Source of the DNA: Bacilli bacterium
Lineage (GTDB): Bacteria; Bacillota_I; Bacilli_A; RF39; UBA660
DNA length: 64,000 nucleotides
Direction: 5' to 3'
Assembly: GCA_900758495.1 (NCBI GenBank)
Contig: CAAERO010000019.1
Coordinates: forward strand, 14,252-78,251
Both the position numbers and the translations under genes were made by a program. Below the pieces are notes generated by a model. The model saw only the letters and a list, made by a program, of their open reading frames with translations, was not told the origin of the DNA and searched no databases. Shown here piece by piece: positions 35,907 to 47,500 of this stretch; positions within the stretch are counted from its first letter, which is position 1, and each line of letters opens with the position of its first letter.

Positions 35907-36446
35907 ATGAAAAAAGAAAATGAAATTTGGAAAGTTATACCAAATTATGAAAATTATGAAGCTTCTAATTTTGGAAGAATAAGGTCAATTGATAGAGTAG
36001 TTAAGAGAGATCGTTATACTACCAGAAAGATAAAAGGTAAAATACTACAGCAGTTTGCTAAAAACTCAGGATATTTACAAGTAAATTTATCTAAAAATAG
36101 TAAAATAGAAACAAAAACCGTACACAGGTTAGTAGCTATTACTTTTTTAGAAAACACAAATAATTATACAGATGTTAACCATAAAGATGAAAATAAACAT
36201 AATAATAATATTAATAATCTTGAATGGTGTACTAGAAAGTATAATATGAACTATAATAAATTGCCACTTAAGAAATATAAGAAGGTATTAAAATTTAATA
36301 AAGAAGGATGTTTACTATGTATCTATACAAGTTTAAAAGAAGCTGCAGAGCTTAGTAATTTATCTAAGAGTACAATAAGTGGTTATTGTAATAACTTACA
36401 TAAAGATCCTAACGGATATATTTGGAAATATGAAACCAAAAAATAA
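35907..36446 (+). CDS. HNH homing endonuclease (NUMOD4 + HNH_3 + C-terminal HTH type)
   Basis: WKVIPNYENYEASNFGRIRS (NUMOD4), VHRLVAITFLEN...VNHKDENKHNNNINNLEWCT (HNH), SLKEAAELSNLSKSTISGYCN (DNA-binding module). Confidence 0.85.
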   Translation: MKKENEIWKVIPNYENYEASNFGRIRSIDRVVKRDRYTTRKIKGKILQQFAKNSGYLQVNLSKNSKIETKTVHRLVAITFLENTNNYTDVNHKDENKHNNNINNLEWCTRKYNMNYNKLPLKKYKKVLKFNKEGCLLCIYTSLKEAAELSNLSKSTISGYCNNLHKDPNGYIWKYETKK

Positions 36447-36828
36447 AAAGAAATAGACAAAAGGTAGAGTAAAAAATGCTACACCTAATGTCTACAATGG
36501 TATAAAGTTCCGAAGTAAACTTGAAACCTATACATACAAAAAACTTAAAGAAGCTAAAATTCCAGCTGAATATGAATCAACCCACTTTGAGTTAATACCT
36601 AAGTTCGAATATAATGGAGAGAAAGTAAGAGCTATGACTTACTTACCTGATTTTATAGGTAAAGACTTTATAATTGAATGTAAAGGACTCATTGGAGATT
36701 CATTCCCTTTACGTTGGAAAATCTTTAAGTATACTCTAATGAAGAGTAATTCTAACTATAAACTATATTTAGTTAGAAACCAAAAACAAGTCGATGCTAT
36801 AATCGATGAATTAAAAACCAAAAATTAA
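36430..36828 (+). CDS. T7 endonuclease I-like Holliday-junction resolvase (PD-(D/E)xK); needs read-through of TAG at codon 9
   Basis: The conserved part YNGIKFRSKLETYTYKKLKEAKIPAEYE...MTYLPDFIGKDFIIECKG lies upstream of the only downstream start (36634). There is no ATG/GTG/TTG between the TAG at 36454-36456 and 36634. The in-frame ATG at 36430 gives MKPKNKKK-TAG-TKGRVKNATPNVYNGIKFRS... Confidence 0.6.
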
Positions 36829-36834
36829 CAGATT

Positions 36835-37734
36835 ATGTCAGAATTTATAAAAGTTGGAGAAAAAATTGTCAATAAACCTACAGGTCTTGATTATGACTTG
36901 ATAAATGGTAAAGTATATAATTTGAAATGGGACCGTTACAACGGAATGTCCTATTTTGAAGAAGATGGTTTACTTAGTCTCCCAGCCAAAGTATATACAA
37001 CAAAGAGTGATGATGTTTTCATCAAGCGTGTAAATACATATTTCCAGAAAACAAGTAAATTGTCTACTGGAGTAATGCTTAGTGGCATTAAAGGTACTGG
37101 CAAAACCGTTATGGCTAAAGTTATAGCCAAAAATTCTAATCTGCCTATTATTGTAGTAGATGAGGATTATCCTACAGGTCGTATTAACGATTTCTTCCGT
37201 AAGTTCGAAACCCCTGTTACAATTATCTTTGATGAGGTAGATAAACACTGGGATACAGAAGATTTGTTAGGATGGCTTGATGGTGTACAGACTAATGCTA
37301 AGAAATTAGTTCTGTTTACTTGTAATAACGAAGATAGAGTAAATGACTATCTGAAAGATCGTTGTTCACGTGTACGTTATATTAGACACTTTGAAGCAAA
37401 CGATAATGCTCGATTCTTACGTGAAATCTTACGAGACAAAGGTATTGCAGAAGATAAGATTGAAGATACTTATACATTTATTGTAAATAACTTTGGTCTA
37501 TTATCTATTGATAATATCTTATCATTTATCGATGAAAAACTCTTATTCCCTGAACTTTCTAATGAAGAGATATTTAACGATATGAATATTTCCTCTAAGA
37601 AAGGTAAAAAGAATATAATCGGAGAAACACCAGATGAAGAAGATGAAGATGATGATGATTGGTTGTATGATGATGACGAAGAATACGAGGAGGATGAAAG
37701 TCTACACAAGATAATTATGTGCTCTTGTAACTAA
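36835..37734 (+). CDS. AAA+ ATPase with a strongly acidic C-terminal tail
   Basis: Walker A GVMLSGIKGTGKTVMAK, Walker B VTIIFDEVDK. Tail: EEDEDDDDWLYDDDEEYEEDE. Confidence 0.7.
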   Translation: MSEFIKVGEKIVNKPTGLDYDLINGKVYNLKWDRYNGMSYFEEDGLLSLPAKVYTTKSDDVFIKRVNTYFQKTSKLSTGVMLSGIKGTGKTVMAKVIAKNSNLPIIVVDEDYPTGRINDFFRKFETPVTIIFDEVDKHWDTEDLLGWLDGVQTNAKKLVLFTCNNEDRVNDYLKDRCSRVRYIRHFEANDNARFLREILRDKGIAEDKIEDTYTFIVNNFGLLSIDNILSFIDEKLLFPELSNEEIFNDMNISSKKGKKNIIGETPDEEDEDDDDWLYDDDEEYEEDESLHKIIMCSCN

Positions 37735-37741
37735 AAAAAAT

Positions 37742-37767
37742 AAGGCTAGTAGAAATACTAGCCTTTT
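37742..37767. terminator. Intrinsic terminator (A-run before, T-run after)
   Basis: AAGGCTAGTA-GAAA-TACTAGCCTT, a perfect 10-bp stem followed by TTTT. Confidence 0.8.
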
Positions 37768-37775
37768 CTAATATT

Positions 37776-38540
37776 ATGAAAGTATGTGGTTTAAGTGATT
37801 TACATGGTAATTTTATTGATATACCAGAGTGTGATGTACTATGTATCTGCGGAGATATAGTAGGATTAGTTGAACAACGTTCAATTGAACAGTCTAGACA
37901 TTGGTGGTATAATAGATTTACTAGTTGGGTTAATAGATTACCTTGTAAAAAGGTAATTATTACTCCTGGAAATCATGATTTTTTCCTTGAAGATGCTTAT
38001 AAAAAAGGTTATCTTGAAGAATTACGTAAAGATTTAAGCGCTAGAACTAATGGTAAGTTAGAAATTCTTATAAATAGTGAATATACTTACGAAGGAATAA
38101 AGTTCTATGGCTGCCCTTTTATACGTCCTATAAAGTTCCAAAATGGAAGATGGGCGTTTGAGGATGATTATAATGAGGAAAGTAATATTTGTTGTTATGA
38201 TAATATTCCAAAAGATACAGATGTACTTCTTACTCATGATAATCCCTATTATAATGGTATATTAAACTATCTTATACCTAAAAATATAAAATATCATCTA
38301 TACGGTCATTGGCATGAAGGAACTTCTTTTATTGAAAATAATAAATATAGACATAATTGTTCTATATTGAATGATATGTATAACATAAAAGATAATTTTA
38401 AGCCTATAGTTATTGATGTTAATAAGGACATTGTTCCTATAAAAGAGGATGAGATTCCTCTACCAGTAACTGGAGATATTATAGATGATGAGCAAAATTT
38501 AACAGATGAAGATTATGAACTTGATACAGAAAGCAATTAA
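37776..38540 (+). CDS. Calcineurin-like metallophosphoesterase
   Basis: LSDLHGN, ICGDIVG, TPGNHDF, LTHDNP, GHWH motifs in canonical order. Confidence 0.8.
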   Translation: MKVCGLSDLHGNFIDIPECDVLCICGDIVGLVEQRSIEQSRHWWYNRFTSWVNRLPCKKVIITPGNHDFFLEDAYKKGYLEELRKDLSARTNGKLEILINSEYTYEGIKFYGCPFIRPIKFQNGRWAFEDDYNEESNICCYDNIPKDTDVLLTHDNPYYNGILNYLIPKNIKYHLYGHWHEGTSFIENNKYRHNCSILNDMYNIKDNFKPIVIDVNKDIVPIKEDEIPLPVTGDIIDDEQNLTDEDYELDTESN

Positions 38541-38781
38541 GAAAGCAAAAGATTTTATTGACGAAAAAGTTATGTCTCGTAAATTCGATCTTTATATAAA
38601 AACAAAAAAGATAGAAATAGAACAGGATATAATAGAAGCAGAAGAGAATATTGAAAAGGCCTTAAAACAAGGATGTTTTGAGAATGCTTTCATAAATTTT
38701 CGTACAATGAATAGAATCAAAGAAGGTTTTGAGTATTTAGACAAATTTGAAAAATACGTAAAAGAAGATCGTAAAGAATGA
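38506..38781 (+). CDS. Hypothetical protein (about 88-91 aa)
   Basis: Intact ORF overlapping both neighbours. An alternative ATG is at 38515. Confidence 0.55.
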   Translation: MKIMNLIQKAIKKAKDFIDEKVMSRKFDLYIKTKKIEIEQDIIEAEENIEKALKQGCFENAFINFRTMNRIKEGFEYLDKFEKYVKEDRKE

Positions 38782-39767
38782 TGAATATAGAAATTCCATA
38801 TTATGAGGATAATACTAGAATTTCAAATTCAGCAATAGGTTGGTTTCTTAAAAAAGGTCCAAGATATCTTCGTGATATGTTAGATGGAAAAGAAGAAGGT
38901 ATGAGTGCTAAGTTTCTTGAAAAAGGTACTATGATACATGAATACATTCTTCAACCTGAGGAATTTTGGAAAGACTATGAGATATTAGACTTTGAAGTTC
39001 CAAAGGTAAAACAACAAAGAGATTTATGTGAATATTATAGTTCACATAAATTAACAGATCCTTTAGCAGATGATGATAAATTATTATTAGAAGCATATAA
39101 TAATTCTTACAATAATACAAAATCTGCAGAAATTAGGAAAAACGAAGCTAAGAAGATTGTAGAAACTTACAGTGACTACATTAACTATCTTCAAATAAGT
39201 ACTACAAAGAAAGTAATTTCTTTTGCAGACTTAAATATGCTTAAACAAATTAAGCAAAATCTCCAAGAACATGTAGCAGCTAATAAACTGTTATTTAATG
39301 TTCCGACTACATATACCTGTCATAATGAATTTCATATTAACTGGCAATATAAGAACATAGACTGTAAGTCTTTATTAGATAGAGTTATGTTTGATCACGT
39401 TAATAAGAAAATTATTTTGATAGACCTCAAAACAACAAGTGATATTTATAACTTCAAACATTCCGTAGAGGAGTTTGATTATTATAGGCAAATAGCTTTT
39501 TACCTTTGTGCTATTACCTGGTATATGCTTAATGAGTTAAATCTCAATGTAGATGATTATGACTTAGAAGCATATATTATTGCTATACAAACAAATGGTA
39601 AGTATGAAGTTAGAGTATTTAATATGTTTAACGAAGAGGAGTTACTCAAGCGTAAAGACATAATATCAGAAGCTTTAACAGAAATATCATATCATATCAG
39701 TTCTAACAATTGGGAACATACTCGTAAATATTATGAGAATGATGGAATTGAAGAACTTACAGGCTAA
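38778..39767 (+). CDS. PD-(D/E)xK (RecB/Cas4-like) exonuclease
   Basis: LLDRVMFDHVNKKIILIDLKTT (D ... D/E-x-K core), preceded by HEYIL. Sits in the replication/recombination module. Confidence 0.55.
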   Translation: MMNIEIPYYEDNTRISNSAIGWFLKKGPRYLRDMLDGKEEGMSAKFLEKGTMIHEYILQPEEFWKDYEILDFEVPKVKQQRDLCEYYSSHKLTDPLADDDKLLLEAYNNSYNNTKSAEIRKNEAKKIVETYSDYINYLQISTTKKVISFADLNMLKQIKQNLQEHVAANKLLFNVPTTYTCHNEFHINWQYKNIDCKSLLDRVMFDHVNKKIILIDLKTTSDIYNFKHSVEEFDYYRQIAFYLCAITWYMLNELNLNVDDYDLEAYIIAIQTNGKYEVRVFNMFNEEELLKRKDIISEALTEISYHISSNNWEHTRKYYENDGIEELTG

Positions 39768-39908
39768 GACAGTAGAAGACTTGGATATTGAGATGACAAT
39801 AAATAGTTGTGTCATTACTAATCCGGCTGATGAAGTTGATGAGAATAAAGTTGAAGAAGTAGATAATTCTACAATTGAAGATAAAGTCGAAGTAACTGAT
39901 GAAGCAGC

Positions 39909-40334
39909 ATGATAGATTTTAGTAAATACAATAAAGGGCTACGATTATACGCAGCCCTTTTTGAACTAAATCCTCATGTATTTAATACTGATACTTTTAT
40001 AGATATGCTAATACTTAATAACAATAGTATTGGATTAGTCTATAATAGATTATATGATCAGTATATTATCTCTGAGATTACTCAGAATAGATTCTATTAT
40101 AATAAACGGTTGGTATTTTATAATGGAACAAAACAATATGCCTATGTACTTACTCTTTTTGATAAGGAATACATAGACATTTATAAAGATATTTATATAA
40201 ACGGATCTTTACTCTTAAGTAAGCAATTTTTAATTAAAGTTTGTATTATTTGGAAAGATTTTTTAAGTGATTCTTTTTTTGATTGTTTAAAATGTGAAGC
40301 ATGTGAACAGTGCCAACAAAAAAGCCAGGTGTAA
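39909..40334 (+). CDS. Hypothetical protein (141 aa); last gene of the rightward block
   Basis: Intact ORF. Its TAA lies inside the bidirectional terminator loop. Confidence 0.65.
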   Translation: MIDFSKYNKGLRLYAALFELNPHVFNTDTFIDMLILNNNSIGLVYNRLYDQYIISEITQNRFYYNKRLVFYNGTKQYAYVLTLFDKEYIDIYKDIYINGSLLLSKQFLIKVCIIWKDFLSDSFFDCLKCEACEQCQQKSQV

Positions 40335-40351
40335 TAGCCTGGCTTTATTTT
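40317..40351. terminator. Bidirectional intrinsic terminator at the convergence of the + and - blocks
   Basis: AAAGCCAGG (40321-40329) pairs with CCTGGCTTT (40338-40346). An A-run precedes it and TTATTTTT follows. Confidence 0.8.
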
Positions 40352-43300
40352 TAATTACCTGCGATTTGTTTATCGTAGTATCTTCGTTTACTTGGAATAT
40401 CATTAAGTTCTATAACATTCTTAAATGGAGTAGACTACCAGAAAGCTTTTTCTAGTTGAGTATCTCCTTTGTATGCTCCTCTAGATATTACTTTATTTTT
40501 ATCTTTTTTATCTGTAAATAATCCATATACTTGTTCTATAGGATAAGATACAATTGCACCAAAATTATCTATTAAGCTATATAACGGTGTAGGAGTTTTA
40601 ATAGTACTATATACATCTGTAAGCTTATATGGAGCTCCTGATTCAAAAGAGGTTCTTGCCATTACATAAGCAAATAAGTTTAATAATTTATTACGCTTAT
40701 CATCATCTGCGGCTTGTCCTGTAATATAGGCTATAAATGGCCACATAGCAAGAATAAGAGATAATTCTACTTTAAGTTTTTTAAGATTAGTTCTTGTTAA
40801 CTCATCTTGTATTCCTTTATTTAATACAAGTTGGTTAAAAGAAGTAGTAAGAATATCTATACCTTTTTTGTCTTTGTATATTTCAGAGAATACTCTTAAT
40901 GGAGTTCTTAATAGTCCTTCTACATATCTCTAAGAAGTATAGTCCCACTATTTAGACATTGTCCATCTTTCTTGCATAATGATAGGTATATACTATCTAT
41001 GCATCATACACATAGCACCAAATACATTAGTAGTAAATTGTGCTTTCTATAAAGGTGTAAGCTAACCATCTGCAGATGCGGCTAGATTCTTAGCCGTATT
41101 ACCTACAGTAAATTTAGCTTTATTAACAGCATATTGGTCTTTAGGGTCAATGGCTTTTAATTCTCCATTAACAAATTTGATAGAAGCTTTAAAGGATTTG
41201 TATTTCTTCCAATTATCCTTAGTATCTTCTGTTCTACCATATTTGTTAAAATATTCCTCTTTAGATAGAAACACACCGTTTACATTTTTATAGTTGTACA
41301 TAACAGAATTTAGAATTTGTCCTTTAATGAAATAATCAGACATAGAATAAATTCCAAATGCCCACTCATTCTGTAATACGTTGAGCCATCTATTACGGTT
41401 TGTATTTCTTGACAAACTTTCTAATGTAGAACCTACTTCAAAATAATCCATAGCTGCCATCTGAGGACTCTTATAATGCTTATTGCCAGCATTAATGCCA
41501 TACTTAAAGGTATCATATACTAAGTCCTTGAAACCCGCTGCTGCATCAGAAAAATCATAATATCTACCAGTAATTGCATTTACTAAATGTGAATGCAAAG
41601 CTGTAAAGAATCCAGTAAAAGCACAAGCAAAATTCAAACCTAAGTTTCGCAGAGTACCATAAATACGTAAGTTATTAAATAACTTAGTAATGTTATACTC
41701 TCTTTCTCCAATAGAGAATGTAATAGAGTTAAGCTTAACATCATATACATTCATATCTATGAACTTCTTCGCAAACTAATAAATGTTAGTCTAATCTCCA
41801 TCTTTAGGTTCTATTTTCTATTTGAAGAATTTCTTAACAGCAGCTGCTACTCCAGTATTAGAACCAGTATACTTTCTTTGACCTAAGAAGGCTTTAATGT
41901 TTTCTACTTTAGCTTTAATAGCTGATTTCTATTTAAAGTTCTCAGCCATTTTAAAGTATTGAATAACAGAACCAACCATATCTGCAGAAATAGTAGCAGG
42001 ATCATCTAAGTCTTTAATAAAGTACTATGGAACCATAGCTAAAGAAGTACCATCAGGTGCGGTTCTAACCTTCTTCTGCATACCCTAATCATCTCCCTTA
42101 ACAGATACACTATCAAGTAAATAATCTTTAGTAGCAGTAAAAGGATTATAATTATGAGCCTTTAAGAATTTATACCAAGAGCCTGATATCTATGGCAACT
42201 TATACTTATTTAAATTATGTAAATTATCTAATTTATTATTAGACTCTTCCATAGTATCTATAATAGCTTGACGTAATTCCTTAAGCTCTTTATTCTGCAT
42301 CACAGCTTTATAAGCCTTACTGTTATCATATAAAGACATCTTAGGCTGATAGTATTCATCATTAGTTCTATCAAAGTTCTTATTATAGAAAGGAGATTCT
42401 TCAGATATTTCAGAGAAATTCATTGAAGGTTGTACAGTTATATATTTATCATCTTTAGGTACAATCTTAGTATAATAGGATTTAGGATGTACTCTACCTT
42501 GTGCATCTCTATAAGTATGTCTAAGCTCAAAATCTTGAAGAGTACCAGGCATTTCCTAATCAAGCATAGCTGCTTCTGCATAGTCTCTTCTATATCTATC
42601 AGTAGGAACTATTTTAGCTATGTCTTCAAACTTAATACCAGCTTTCTACTTATTTGTTTTCTTAGACTTACGAATAACTCTCATTCGAGCATCTAATCTA
42701 TTTATTAAGTTCATAACATGATTAGACATAAGATTAGTATTAATCTCGCCAGTCTTATCATCTCTGAAAGCATTAAGTATTTCCCTTTTTTGACGGTTTA
42801 ATTCCTCATACTTTTCTCCATAGTTAGTTCTATCTACTTTAGATAATAAGTCATAGAATTCTTCAGAATATACTGTACGAGTATTTCTTTCGTACCACTT
42901 ATTATAGTCTTTATCGCTAAGTTCTTGTTCTTTCTATTTACGTACTGCTTCAAACTTTTCCATATTAGTCTTCATTTTAAGACCTTTGGCTATCTTATCA
43001 TTAAGTTCAGTAAGTTCGTCAGCTATTTGTCTTTCAATAGAACCTTCTGGCTTTTCATTACCCATAAGGTCATACTTACTTGCCAATTGTTTCTTTTCTA
43101 AGAATAAGACTTGTAACCTATTCCACTCTTCTTCAGTAAACTTCTCATACTGAATTATGCCATCTATATTCTTATACTTACTAGTAAGGTCTCGGATCTT
43201 AATCATAATATTTTCACGTGCATTAGACGCTTCATCACTAAGAGCATTAAACATATCATAATACTCTTTAGTATATTTACGCTCACAATGCTTAGAAAGC

Positions 43301-44580
43301 CATTCATTACGCTTACGATTATACTGAATACGTAATTCTCTATTCTCTGGTAAAGTTAATTCTCCAGGATGTAAACCTAATTCTTTCCTTGTATCCTCTA
43401 AGAACTTTTTATAGTCTCTTTGAAATTTACCGTAATTCCTTTCTCTTACTATATAGCCTGTAGTTTTACCTTCATCATCTACTTCAAACAATACTTTTTG
43501 ATTGTTACCAGCAGCCTTTAATTTCTCTAATAAAGAGTGTGCTTTCACAAAAGTATTATTATTAATAGTATTTTCAGTATTTTGAAGTATATTGAATAAT
43601 GTCTTGATAGCTTCATCATTAATCTTATCGCCTGCACCAAACCATCGTGTAAGAGAAGAGATATCGTTATTAGTCTCCTTAGTATTCTCAGCTAAGTAAT
43701 TATATATAGTAGGTGAACCTACCTAGATACCATTGTTAAGCATAATCTCTCTGGCATTCTATACCTACATGCGCTTAACATGATCAGAGCAGGCATCAAG
43801 AATAGATTTACATATAGATAAGTCTGACATCAATTTATCATATTCTTTAGTTCCTATAATATCACTATAACTTGATAAGTCTACTAAAGAATTATACACT
43901 TCATTTGCATATTTACAGTAGAATCCGAAGTAGTTCTTATTAAGAGAAACTAATCTTTCGTCAGATAAAGCATTAGTACGATTATTATACGCATCTATTA
44001 CTTCTCTTGCCACTGTTCTAATATCATCCTTAAGTTCGTCAGTAAAGTCCATAATAACTTTTATGTCCTCTATAACTCCATTCTATATATTCTTTATCTG
44101 ATATTTGATTTGTTCTTTTAATTCAGTTCTCTTAGCTGGATCCTTTTCATCAATAGAATTAAGACGAGATATAAGACCTTGTTCGAGATTCTTTCGTATA
44201 CTTCTTAATCTATCATCTAATTCTTTCTTAGTATTAAAGTTATACTTATTTAAATTATCAATAGATACTTCTATAAATCTAGCATTTTCATCTGTACTAG
44301 ATAAAAACTACTCTTCAAAACTTAGGTTTCTTGTCTATATATCGGCTGACAAATAATCAAAGCTTTTAGCTCTCTCAATTATAGCCTTATCTCTATCTCC
44401 ATTATATTTCTATAATAGGTCTTGGAATAGCTAAGACTAAGATCCATCAGGATCCTAGTCTATAGCATAACCATTATTTTCAGATATGACATAATAAGCA
44501 GCGTCTTCACTATTAAGTACCTTTGCTACTTCATCAAAAGCTGCTTTAACTTCTTTATTCTTTAAATTTAAACACTGCAT
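40351..44580 (-). CDS. Large virion-associated/ejected protein (1409 codons, function unassigned); TAG-recoded
   Basis: Track fragments 40435.., 41062.., 42190.., 42934.., 43765.. share one frame. ATG at 44580 lies 2 nt after the upstream TAA. The frame continues past the TAG at 40435 to TAA at 40351-40353. Gap 40747-41064 was checked codon by codon: 5 TAG, no TAA/TGA. Confidence 0.75.
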
Positions 44581-44582
44581 AA

Positions 44583-47500
44583 TTATTCACATTCTTTTCT
44601 ACGTTTCTTACCCAATTCCGCTAATGCAGACATATCTTCAAAACTTTCATTCTGTGCTGTATCAGATACAGTTTCTATATCAGGAGCAGATTGGGCTTCA
44701 AATACTTCAGTCAATTGACTTACATCTTCTATTTGTTGCATAAAATCTTCTATTGCCTCAATTGCAGTAAAGTCTTCTGTTTCGATAGTACCATATACAA
44801 AATCAGTAGCTTCTTGCATCATTTCTGGAGTAATAGTAACATCTTCTGTTGGAACAATTACGTCTTCAACATCAATATTAGATACATTATCCATAACAGG
44901 ATTTCCATCCTCTGTACCTGCTATTTCCTTTGCATCCTATTCTATTCTTGCTTTAATAGAATTTATTTCTCCAGGGAAGAACTGTTTAGTAAAACCAGAA
45001 CCAGCTTTAGGATCTTTAATAGCCTTTAATGCTAATGCTTCAATTTCACCTTCAGTCAGTAATGCATTATAATTAAATGAATTAGCTTCAAATGCAGAAG
45101 GTTCTAAGCTATGTTTCTAGAATTCCATAACTCTAAATCCATTATCAATAACACCTAATTTAGGTATTCTTTGATATATATACTTAGTACCTCTTCCTAC
45201 AGTTTCACCTTCTTCATTAATATAAGAAACTTGACCTACTTTTCTATATAGTTCTGTTACTTTAGAAGTACCAGCTCCATTTACTACTTTAATAAATTCT
45301 TTCTTAGAACGTGAAGTAGCAAATAAATCTGTTTTCAAGGTAGTTCTTACTCTTCCTCTTTCAGAAGTACGATGTAATACTTTATCCCCTTTTTCCACAT
45401 TTATTTCAAATGGTTGAACTACACTATCATCCTACCATAAGTTACGTGCAATAGTAATATTGATAGAAGGGAAATACAAGGCCTCAGCATTATCATTCTC
45501 TTCAGCAATAGAAGCATAAGCAGCTTGATTAGAGGAACTCTTAAATGACTTTAAACCTTCTTTAATAACATTTACGTAACCGTTTTCTTCTTTCCACTTA
45601 TTAGGAACAAGATTAAAGAAGTTATTACTACCTCTTTCATCATAAGAAGTTAAGTATGCATACTTAGCTAAGTCATTAGCAAATTCTCTAACTATAGGAT
45701 CATCAGACTCAAGTAATTCAGCAAAAGCAGATACTAATTGATTCTCGGTCTCATAGTCATTACTTAAGGAAGAATCAGATAATACAATACGGTCTATTAA
45801 CTGTACTGTACCATCCGCTTGATATTCCTGTAAATAATTAAGTAACTGATTACGTATATAACCATCTTGACCAATTAACGACGGGAATCTATCTTTGTTC
45901 TCCATTATGTACTACTTGATGCCAGTTAACCTTTTACACATACTATCTTCGCCATATAGCATCCCTACTAATTCTTCATCAGTAGCATGTAATGCGGGTA
46001 AGTCTCTAGACAGTCTTGCTCTAATAATAGAGTCGATATAGGAAGAGAATCTGTTTACGAATTTCTTATCCCCTATATGCTTATAAGCTATTGCCTCTTG
46101 TCCATTATTATATACAATGTCCTTTCTTTGACCAAATATACCCATTGCTGATGTGAAGATATTCTGGAATACCTAAGTTGCAGGGAATGCCTAAGAACGC
46201 AATAATTTACGTGGTAATGATGTACCATGATGTAGCTTAGTACTTAAGAATGTTTTACCAAAGTAAGTACGTAGAGCTTCTTGAGGATTCTTTTCATCAA
46301 ATTCCTATCCTTCAATAACGAAGTATTCTGCATTATCATAAATGAACGTCTCATATGAATTTCTGAAGTTCATCTACTGAGCAAGAGTGTTACCAAACTT
46401 CTTAGTATCAATCTAAGAACGATGTACTAATTCGCTTAATCTCTTAGCATCATTATTAAGCTCATTGTAAGCTTTAAGAACGATTAACTAAGTATAAGGA
46501 TCTTTAGTGGTTAGACCATTGATAAGACTACTATCATTGAACACAGTACTTCTATCGTGTACAAATTTAGTTTTGTCGTATATTAAATCTATACCTACTT
46601 CATCTGCTATACTATTATACTTCTTAATATGATCATACTTAGTAGGATCACTATTATCTAAAGAATCTATATATGACTTGTATTGTTTAAAGTACTTGTC
46701 ATATAAAGTAGCAACTACCTGATTTTCAGTCTAAGTAGTAACACCATATACACCCTTATTAGCAATCATAGAATCAGCAAATTCTTTCAATATAGGCTAT
46801 GCTAAAAAATAGAATGTAGTCTTACCCATACCACCACGTAACAGTAAGTTAGTCATGTTATAAGTAACTTGATTTACATTCAGAGCCATAATATATGGAT
46901 CTTTAGCAACGTCTACATGTGCATTAATCATTGCTGATAACCAGTCTAGTATTCTAAAACCATCTCTACCTCTGATAGCATCTATAGTTCCTAAACCATA
47001 AGGATTACCTTTAGTATATATCATCTATAGATGTACTAATTGAGTTAAACAGTGATTAGTAGAATTAAGTGCAAACGGAGCAATACCTGCTTTACCACCT
47101 GTATATTCCTCTTTACGAGCAAGTTGGAATGAAGGTAATAGTTCATACATTGGCAAAGCTTCCTCTTTAATAGAAGGCTGTATAAGAGGTAGAATATCTT
47201 TCTAAAGTAACTTAGTAAGAGTATCAATAGAAGCTCTGGTTTCTGCCATATTCTTGCTATCTGATACTACTAACTGATAACTCTATATAATCATATTCTA
47301 CAATGCCTTAGTACTCTGCTTGTCCTCTGGTAGTACGTTTCCTTCTTCATCTGTCTCATACTGCATTATATTACCATTCTCGTCATAATTAAGAGTAGCT
47401 AAATACAATTTATCAACGTCGAAGTCAGAACCAGTCATAGCAGTAAATTCATCAGGAACTATGATGGTATCACCTATTCTATCTGGTAACACATCTACTA

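Noticed and set aside
44105-45029. Plus-strand ORFs 44105..44356 and 44691..45029
   Set aside because: They are antisense to the TAG-recoded late genes, have no start context and look like low-complexity shadows.
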